Part shown: in pieces, positions 57,128 to 64,000 of the stretch | Layout: each line of letters opens with the position of its first letter | Numbering within the stretch: the stretch's first letter is position 1 | IMG/VR virus record: IMGVR_UViG_3300020055_000004 | DNA length: 64,000 nt | Strand: one strand, 5' to 3' | DNA from: a virus | Made by a program: the position numbers and the translations under genes | The notes under the pieces: generated by a model | What the model saw: only the letters and a program-made list of their open reading frames with translations | Databases searched by the model: none | Told to the model about the DNA's origin: nothing

Positions 57128-57336
57128 TTCTCGCCGGTTGTGCTACAACAACGAAAGACGTTGAGCTAGAAGACATCGAGGTATCAGAAGCATATGAGCT
57201 TGAGTACGACTACGGCAACAGCTTCTGTAAGCGTTGGGAAAAAATCAGTGAAACTCGAAAGCGTTGTGAAATAATAAACGAAGAATTAGTTTGTGGCGAT
57301 AAAGTATTTGAGATATACGAATGTACAGATTGGTAA
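57088..57336 (+). CDS. Putative lipoprotein
   Basis: Lipobox LAGC. Confidence 0.5.
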   Translation: MWKSYIGYISAGLILAGCATTTKDVELEDIEVSEAYELEYDYGNSFCKRWEKISETRKRCEIINEELVCGDKVFEIYECTDW

Positions 57337-57624
57337 AACTTTGGAAAATTTGGCAGTATAGTCTGGGTGGTTATGATGACGATACCACAAAACCGTATGA
57401 CAACTATATTACGTTTGTACGTACTATCATTGTCGGTGTCAACTTCATGACCTGTTTTTTTATTATAGCAAATGTGGTGCATAACTGGTGACTATGAAAG
57501 ATACGAAACGCTTGATTGACGATGGCATTCTGGTGTACAATTACGACGAAAAGAAGTACTATATTAATGTAACGCTTGAAGAATTCGAGCGTATCATTCA
57601 ACAACTATATGATGGACATAATCA

Positions 57625-58215
57625 GTGAATAGATTTAGAATTGAACATACTCCACAGCAATGTGCTCAATCACATTGCGACAAGCATGTGCCTAAGATGT
57701 ATGTCGAAGAAGCACAAATGCTCTGCACAGTTCATCGACTACTTGACGGTGAGTTGACAATGGTGCCTGCCCTTGATAAACAGGGGAATCAAGTCTATCT
57801 TAAATCAGGTGAGCCTCGCATGAAGAAGCACTGGCGTCTGCCTGACGAGCGCGAAGATGTACTATATAAGGCTGCACACATGAAGCATCCATGCACAGAA
57901 TGGGCAATGGAGACAGCTGGTAATTATCAGTGGGCATATCAAATGTTCCTGTATCTTGGCATCGAATACAACTATCGATATGGTAAAAGTCACAAGACTG
58001 ATGCTTTGGATGGTTGGTTGTGTTATCCACCAAATAACATTAATCCATCACAGGAAGTTACACCTATGCCATTGGCGATGGGTGCTGCACCTGAATGTAT
58101 TGATCCGAACGATGTAATTGGCTCGTATCGAAAGTTCTATCAGACTAAACAACATCGTTTCAAGATGGTTTGGTCTAAACGTCCTGTACCACAGTGGTTC
58201 CAGTTTGCAGCATAA
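57625..58215 (+). CDS. Pyrimidine-dimer DNA glycosylase (DenV-like family) protein
   Basis: HCDKHVPKM..E.AQML, H.KHPC..W, EY.YRYGK.H, W..R..PQW. Confidence 0.7.
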   Translation: MNRFRIEHTPQQCAQSHCDKHVPKMYVEEAQMLCTVHRLLDGELTMVPALDKQGNQVYLKSGEPRMKKHWRLPDEREDVLYKAAHMKHPCTEWAMETAGNYQWAYQMFLYLGIEYNYRYGKSHKTDALDGWLCYPPNNINPSQEVTPMPLAMGAAPECIDPNDVIGSYRKFYQTKQHRFKMVWSKRPVPQWFQFAA

Positions 58216-58242
58216 TAAATAGCCATAGACAAAGGAGTTTCT

Positions 58243-59580
58243 ATGGCACTTGCAAAGCTTACACCAGCTGAACTTAAAAAGAAAAATAGCAATACAGGCG
58301 AGCAGCGTATCGATATTCTTGAACGCGCTATAAAAGAAGGTATTGTATTACCACTGGTTGATGGTAGTGAACTCAAGCTTGATAAATCTAAAGAAAATTT
58401 AGCAGGCATAGAACAGTTTCGAAAAGAAGAAAAAGCTTTTGAACTGACTGCAGGTTCGCGAACTATTAAATCGTCAGATATCGCTAAAAGTGCGCTTTTC
58501 GGTGGAGGCGGCGGTGGTGCCGGCGGTGGTACTCTTCAAACTGCAGTTGTAGAATCGATGCAATGTGTATATTGTCAGGCTATGCTCGACAATCCTGGCA
58601 AAGATATTTCATTTTTTACACCATCTGTTTTGAAAAAAGCATATGCAAAATGTGAAGTTGGTAGTACGTCATTTGATGAAATACGAGATGCTGATTCTCT
58701 TTGGCACAACTCAGCATTTAAATCAAGCGAAATATTGATATCAAAAGGATATATTAATAAGAGACATGTGTTTCATCGCGATTCAAATGTAATGAAAAAA
58801 ATATATTCTATGAAGAAAGAAGCATTTAAAAATTCAGGAATGGAAATCATGACTGATGATAAATGGAATCCTGGCGATATATGGGCCGTTGAAAAGAATT
58901 TTGATGTATCGAAGATGAGCACTCGTACGATTCAAGAATATAATCAAGATATTGCTGCAGCATTTAAAAACAAAAACTGTGTTGGTATTTCTCTGAAGCA
59001 GGTAAAGAAAGTTGCTAAGTTATCAGTTCTCAATGAAGGTAATGCACGACCATCAAAATTAAAATTTGTTGAAGCTAAGACTCAAGGTCAGAATAGAAAT
59101 AATACATTCTATTCTTCAAAAGGTGGTCAAATCATTTATTCTGATGGAAAGATGGAAGTTAGACCAAATTCAGGCTTGGCTATTATTAAAGCCGAGATTC
59201 TTGGAAAGACTGCACGAGGTGGTGGTGCAAGCTGGGGACCAATTACAGAATTTATCAATGATGTAACAGGCATAACTTTACCAAATAATTCTGCCATCGT
59301 AAATATGGCCAAAAATATAAAGAAGGGCAATAAACAAGATCTTCAAAAATTTTGGAATATGGCTAAGATGGTAAATAATCAGATTAAAGAAAAAGAATTT
59401 AAAGCTGAAGTACCAAAGCAAGAAATTGAATGGATACATGGAAAATTAGGAGTATGCACTTTATTAAGTATACTTGTGAAAAATAAAGGTACCAAAGCAA
59501 ACAAGATTGTCAACTCTATACATAATTATGCAGGTAGTCAATCTAAGTTGTCGAGTGTGTATATAAAGGTTTATGAATAA
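58243..59580 (+). CDS. PD-(D/E)xK nuclease-like protein, late-expressed
   Basis: ES.QC, DKWNPGDIW, VGISLKQ; AATAAATA late-like promoter at 58214. Confidence 0.5.
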   Translation: MALAKLTPAELKKKNSNTGEQRIDILERAIKEGIVLPLVDGSELKLDKSKENLAGIEQFRKEEKAFELTAGSRTIKSSDIAKSALFGGGGGGAGGGTLQTAVVESMQCVYCQAMLDNPGKDISFFTPSVLKKAYAKCEVGSTSFDEIRDADSLWHNSAFKSSEILISKGYINKRHVFHRDSNVMKKIYSMKKEAFKNSGMEIMTDDKWNPGDIWAVEKNFDVSKMSTRTIQEYNQDIAAAFKNKNCVGISLKQVKKVAKLSVLNEGNARPSKLKFVEAKTQGQNRNNTFYSSKGGQIIYSDGKMEVRPNSGLAIIKAEILGKTARGGGASWGPITEFINDVTGITLPNNSAIVNMAKNIKKGNKQDLQKFWNMAKMVNNQIKEKEFKAEVPKQEIEWIHGKLGVCTLLSILVKNKGTKANKIVNSIHNYAGSQSKLSSVYIKVYE

Positions 59581-59966
59581 TGGCGTATAGTGAACAAGTA
59601 ATGGATCACTACGAGAATCCACGAAATGTAGGAAAGCTCGATAAAGATGCACCTGACATTGGCACTGGTATGGTTGGTGCACCTGCATGCGGCGATGTTA
59701 TGCAACTACAAATACAGGTAAATGACGATGGAATTATCGAAGATGCTAGGTTTAAAACCTACGGATGCGGAAGTGCTATCGCTTCTTCCTCCCTCCTTAC
59801 CGAATGGGTTAAAGGTAAGAGTCTTGATGAAGCTGGGAATATTAGAAACACCGATATTGCAGAAGAGCTCGCACTTCCACCAGTCAAAATCCACTGTAGT
59901 GTGCTTGCAGAAGATGCGATCAAAGCTGCGATAAAAGATTACAAGGAAAAAAATGAAAAAGTTTAA
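59580..59966 (+). CDS. iscU: Fe-S cluster scaffold IscU
   Basis: DHYENPRNVG, GAPACGDVM, FKTYGCGSAIASSS, LPPVKIHCSVLAEDA. Confidence 0.97.
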   Translation: MAYSEQVMDHYENPRNVGKLDKDAPDIGTGMVGAPACGDVMQLQIQVNDDGIIEDARFKTYGCGSAIASSSLLTEWVKGKSLDEAGNIRNTDIAEELALPPVKIHCSVLAEDAIKAAIKDYKEKNEKV

Positions 59967-61182
59967 TCAATTTATTATTGAAGCTAAGAATACCCACATG
60001 GAACACGTGGAAGATATGATGTTTAACGAGGGTGTGAATGGAACACGTAAAGCAATTATTTTTCTACGTTCTCTGCGAGATATGTTGGCGGGTCATACGA
60101 ACAAAAATATTTCAAGGACTGTCAAATGGGACGGTGCTCCGGCTGTATTTGTGGGTGTCGATCCTTCAGATGGTAAGTTTTTTGTGGCTAAGAAAGGAGT
60201 GTTCAATAAGAATCCAAAAGTTTACAAGACTCCCGCTGACGTTAAAGCTGATACTTCCGGAGATTTACAAGACAAGCTATTACAATCACTCGCAGAATTC
60301 TCAAAACTAGGTGTCAAATCAGGAGTATATCAAGGCGACTTGATGTTTACAAAAGGTGATGTGAAGAAGGAAAAAATAGATGATCAAGTATATTACACTT
60401 TTCAGCCTAACACTATTGTGTATGCTATTCCCGTTAACACTCCACTCGGAAGACAAATTGCCAAAGCCAATATTGGAGTCGTTTGGCATACCACCTACAC
60501 AGGTACTTCCTTTGAGACTATGTCGGCCTCTTTTGGTAAGGACATCGCCTCCAAATTTAATTCCTCTGCCAGTATCTGGCAAACTGACGCCACCTATCGC
60601 GACGAATCCGGGCGAGCTGTGTTCAGCGCGGCAGAAACAAAAGCTGTTACTGACGAATTGTCAAAGGCAGGAGTCTTGTTCAAGTCAGTTCCTGCTGGTT
60701 TGTTAAATGGTATCGCTAATAATGAAGAACTTAAACTTCGTGTGAAGACGTTTAATAATACATTTGTACGTCAAGGTCAGCGCGCTAATCCTAAAACTCA
60801 TGCCAAAAAATTGATTGATTATATTACTAACTATTATGGTAAAGAAATGGATAAGCGATCATCTGATAAAGGTAAATCTGCAGTAAAAGCAAAGCAATCA
60901 GATGTTCTCAAAATCTTTACTCAATATAAAGCAAAAGACTTCGAGAATATGTTTAGACTAATGGTCATGCTTGCCGATATCAAACAGATGATTATCGATA
61001 AGATGAATCAGGCTGGCAGCATGAGCACATTCCTTCGAACAAAGAACGGATTTAAAGTGACTGCACCTGAAGGATTTGTTGCTATCGATCACTTGAGTAA
61101 TGATGCTGTGAAGATTGTGGATCGTATGGAATTTTCCAGAGCCAATTTCTCGCCGGAGGTAATCAAAGGCTGGGAAAAATAG
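59953..61182 (+). CDS. Ligase-like nucleotidyltransferase (DUF6267-like) with capsid-targeting-like leader
   Basis: VKWDGAPA (KxDG), YQGDLMF, PEGFVA, VKIVDR; N-terminus MKKFNQFIIE/A. Confidence 0.6.
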   Translation: MKKFNQFIIEAKNTHMEHVEDMMFNEGVNGTRKAIIFLRSLRDMLAGHTNKNISRTVKWDGAPAVFVGVDPSDGKFFVAKKGVFNKNPKVYKTPADVKADTSGDLQDKLLQSLAEFSKLGVKSGVYQGDLMFTKGDVKKEKIDDQVYYTFQPNTIVYAIPVNTPLGRQIAKANIGVVWHTTYTGTSFETMSASFGKDIASKFNSSASIWQTDATYRDESGRAVFSAAETKAVTDELSKAGVLFKSVPAGLLNGIANNEELKLRVKTFNNTFVRQGQRANPKTHAKKLIDYITNYYGKEMDKRSSDKGKSAVKAKQSDVLKIFTQYKAKDFENMFRLMVMLADIKQMIIDKMNQAGSMSTFLRTKNGFKVTAPEGFVAIDHLSNDAVKIVDRMEFSRANFSPEVIKGWEK

Positions 61183-61868
61183 TGGATTATACCGTATTTG
61201 GTTTACAAAGAAGTGGCACTAATTTTTTAGAAACTCTTATTAAAAAATCTTTTAAAGACACAAATCTTTTATTGGCGTATGAGCATAATGGTGTTTGGAA
61301 ACATGCTTTCGATATTCAACACGATATCAAAACACAAAAAGCCAGAGTTAAATATAACGACGATGGTAAAGTAGTTCATTTTAGAAGTAATGGTTCATAT
61401 GTAGTAGAAACATATGACTATTGGATAAATCGTTTAAGATCTATCAATGCAATTCTAATTACTAAACATCCATTTACTTGGATAGAAAGTGTACAGAAAA
61501 AAAATGTTGACATGAGAAGATTTAAAAAATATAATGCTTCTCATAAATCAGAAATGTTTGCAGAAATATATCATGATCATGCATTGTTTTGGAAAGAACA
61601 AATGCGTTATCAAAACATATTACATATAAAATATGAAGATTTATTAGTATCAAGAGAATTGTGGTTAAATAAAATTAGCGAACATTTTAATGATGAATGT
61701 ACACCATTTACCGGTGAGCTGACTAAAATAAGTATGTCACCATCTTTTTCTGCAGATGATGTAAATAGATATAGAAACATAGAAACAAAATTATCTACTG
61801 AAGAAAAAAATAATGTTTTAGGCATTATAGGTGAAGACATAATGAAGATGTACAGATATGAGAATTAG
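61182..61868 (+). CDS. Sulfotransferase-like protein
   Basis: GLQRSGTNFL, WKH, KHPFTW..S, IKYEDL. Confidence 0.7.
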   Translation: MDYTVFGLQRSGTNFLETLIKKSFKDTNLLLAYEHNGVWKHAFDIQHDIKTQKARVKYNDDGKVVHFRSNGSYVVETYDYWINRLRSINAILITKHPFTWIESVQKKNVDMRRFKKYNASHKSEMFAEIYHDHALFWKEQMRYQNILHIKYEDLLVSRELWLNKISEHFNDECTPFTGELTKISMSPSFSADDVNRYRNIETKLSTEEKNNVLGIIGEDIMKMYRYEN

Positions 61869-62565
61869 TAAGACATTTATCGTTCGACACGACAGTAAAA
61901 TATCTAAAGAATATAGTGCATTTACTGCAAAAACTGTCGGTGAAGTTCAAATGAAATATGAATATTTAGATTGGGAATCTGATCCACAGAAAGCTTGGAA
62001 TAGAATAGATCTAGATATAGAAAAGAAATTTGATTATTTGCCTCATTACGAAAAATATCATATGGTAGAAGATGGGGCTGAATGCATTACACTTGCTCAT
62101 ATACATTTATGGGAATATGCTGCTAAACATAATGAATGCATTGCAATTATGGAACATGATTTTTGTGTAAATCGAAGATATGATACCGTTGATATTCCTG
62201 TAGGTTTTTTTGTAGGTATGGGATACAAACTCCGTGAACCGTGGAGAATGAATCTGAGATCTATTAATGGTCAACATTCTACACAATTAGTATTAGTAAA
62301 AACTATTCATGGCGCGCATGGTTATGCTATTCATCCTGAGACTGCCAAAATATTATTAGAAGAAATAAAAGAAAAAGGTGTTAAAGGATATATAGATTGC
62401 TATTGGATGCAAAATACTTTCGGCGGCACACAAGTAAAAACATGCATGATGGATCCTATAGTTGGTGTCGGATATATTAGAGAATCAACAATATGGCACA
62501 CGGCATCTGCTACAAATGGACCTATGACGCGTGGGTTTCAAGAAATTATAAATATACAATATTAA
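61858..62565 (+). CDS. Glycosyltransferase family 25-like
   Basis: CITLAH..LW, IMEHD, GAHGYAI.P..AK. Confidence 0.6.
   Translation: MRISKTFIVRHDSKISKEYSAFTAKTVGEVQMKYEYLDWESDPQKAWNRIDLDIEKKFDYLPHYEKYHMVEDGAECITLAHIHLWEYAAKHNECIAIMEHDFCVNRRYDTVDIPVGFFVGMGYKLREPWRMNLRSINGQHSTQLVLVKTIHGAHGYAIHPETAKILLEEIKEKGVKGYIDCYWMQNTFGGTQVKTCMMDPIVGVGYIRESTIWHTASATNGPMTRGFQEIINIQY
62547..62554 (+). promoter_or_regulatory. T4-type late promoter TATAAATA
   Basis: Exact consensus 46 bp before next ORF. Confidence 0.75.
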
Positions 62566-62599
62566 TTTAACAACAAGAGTTAGGCTAAGGCAATCCTCT

Positions 62600-63982
62600 A
62601 TGAAAAAAATTGTACTGGCGTTCGGTCGGATGAATCCGCCTACCGTTGGCCATCAAAAACTTGTTAACAAGATCCAATCAGTTGCTCGTAAAGAGCGAGC
62701 GACTCCTGCCCTATATTTGTCACACTCGCAAGACAAGAAAAAGAATCCACTTTCGTATGACGATAAAGTTCGATTTTCTACAAAAGCATTTGGTAAAATT
62801 GTCAAGCGAACAACTGCACGCACAATCATTGAAGTATTAAAAGAACTCGATAATCAATACGACGAAGTCATCGTCATTGGTGGTTCTGATCGTGTAGGTG
62901 AATTCGAGACTCTACTTAAAAAATATAATGGCAAAGATTATGCTTACGAAAAACTAGATGTACAGTCTGCTGGTGATCGCGATCCAGATGCTGACGATGT
63001 ATCAGGCATGAGTGCATCTAAATTGCGTGGGCTTGCTCAGTCAGGTAAGTTTGAAGAATTTAAGAAAGGACTCCCAGCAAAATTGCAACGGGGCAAAGAG
63101 GCAAAAGAAATGTATGATAAAATTAGAGAGGCCGCTGGGATTACAGAAGATCTCACGCTCGATGAAGCTCTTAATCTTCAACAACGATTAAAGCGTAAGG
63201 CTATGATGAAGCGTATTAAGTCTAAGATTAAGTTAGGTAGACGCAGAGCAAAGTATAAGATTGCTGCTCCTGATAAACTTCAACGCCGATCACAAAAGAA
63301 AGCACGTGAACTTATTCGAGCTCGAGTCGCAGGACAACAAGGCAAAAACTATAAGAGTTTACCTCTGGCCGGCCGGATGCAAGTTGACAAAAAATTAGAA
63401 AAGAAAAAGGCGCTAATCGGTCGTTTAGCTAAGCGTATGCTGCCAAAAGTTAAAAAGGCAGAAATGGAGCGAGTAAAGAAAGCTCGATCGAATCGAAATG
63501 AATCATATGAGATGCTCTCAGTGATTGAGTCTGTATATGAAGTTATACAGAACGAAAATATTACGATGAAAGTAGAACAGAATCTCGCAAAGAAAAGTGT
63601 AAAGTATGGCGTAGATTTAACTGAGTTAAAAGAAAAATATTTAACATATCGTCAATGGGGCAGTGAGCAAGAAACATTCCAAGCGATCAACTCTGAGCTT
63701 GCGAATATTATTGAAGATGACAAGCCTAATAAAAGAGGTGATGACGCTAAAGGACATAAGCGACCAACCGAAGATGGTGCTGGTTTGACTCGAAAAGGTG
63801 CGAAGGCAGCTGGTGTTAAGACCGCAGTGACAACACCACCAAGTAAATTAGATCCTAATGGAAAAGCGGCCAAGCGACGTAAGTCATTTTGCGCTCGTAT
63901 GAGCGGAATGAAAGGACCAATGAAAGATGAAAAAGGCCGGCCGACTCGTAAGGCTATGTCTCTGAGAAGGTGGAATTGCTAA
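62600..63982 (+). CDS. HxGH cytidylyltransferase-like domain + basic segments + C-terminal DUF6321-like domain
   Basis: FGRMNPPTVGH, KNPL, GSDR, MSASKLR; RRKSFCARMSGMKG...RWNC. Confidence 0.75.
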   Translation: MKKIVLAFGRMNPPTVGHQKLVNKIQSVARKERATPALYLSHSQDKKKNPLSYDDKVRFSTKAFGKIVKRTTARTIIEVLKELDNQYDEVIVIGGSDRVGEFETLLKKYNGKDYAYEKLDVQSAGDRDPDADDVSGMSASKLRGLAQSGKFEEFKKGLPAKLQRGKEAKEMYDKIREAAGITEDLTLDEALNLQQRLKRKAMMKRIKSKIKLGRRRAKYKIAAPDKLQRRSQKKARELIRARVAGQQGKNYKSLPLAGRMQVDKKLEKKKALIGRLAKRMLPKVKKAEMERVKKARSNRNESYEMLSVIESVYEVIQNENITMKVEQNLAKKSVKYGVDLTELKEKYLTYRQWGSEQETFQAINSELANIIEDDKPNKRGDDAKGHKRPTEDGAGLTRKGAKAAGVKTAVTTPPSKLDPNGKAAKRRKSFCARMSGMKGPMKDEKGRPTRKAMSLRRWNC

Positions 63983-64000
63983 TGAAAGGTTTTAAAGAAT

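Noticed and set aside
1-64000. Alternative genetic code or suppressor tRNA
   Set aside because: Core genes are full length in code 11, all three stops are used, and tRNA anticodons are ordinary sense

Overview
A 64-kb segment of a large lytic T4-like myovirus genome (probably aquatic/marine, proteobacterial host), almost entirely on the + strand. It runs from the end of the major capsid gene (gp23) through the T4 core replication/recombination module (gp3, uvsY, uvsW, gp55, gp47, gp46, gp45, gp44, gp62, regA, gp43, uvsX, gp41) plus thyX. It also carries four tRNAs, a circularly permuted (two-piece) tmRNA, host-like metabolic genes (aceA, iscU, hsp20) and many AT-rich tailoring-enzyme genes (2OG-Fe(II) oxygenases, glycosyl-, sulfo- and methyltransferases). 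The most notable feature is a candidate cytosine hypermodification cluster at about 8.9-18.4 kb. It contains a gp42-type dCMP hydroxymethylase, an NTP pyrophosphohydrolase, Nmad1, a cytidylyltransferase, two aGPT-Pplase-like paralogs, a PLP enzyme, a protein that looks like the T4 beta-glucosyltransferase acceptor domain fused to an SGNH acyl-enzyme domain, and a C5-methyltransferase with a degenerate SAM motif. The last two end in the same sliding-clamp-binding peptide as the DNA polymerase. All family assignments are from motif recognition by eye and recalled reference sequences; no searches were run.
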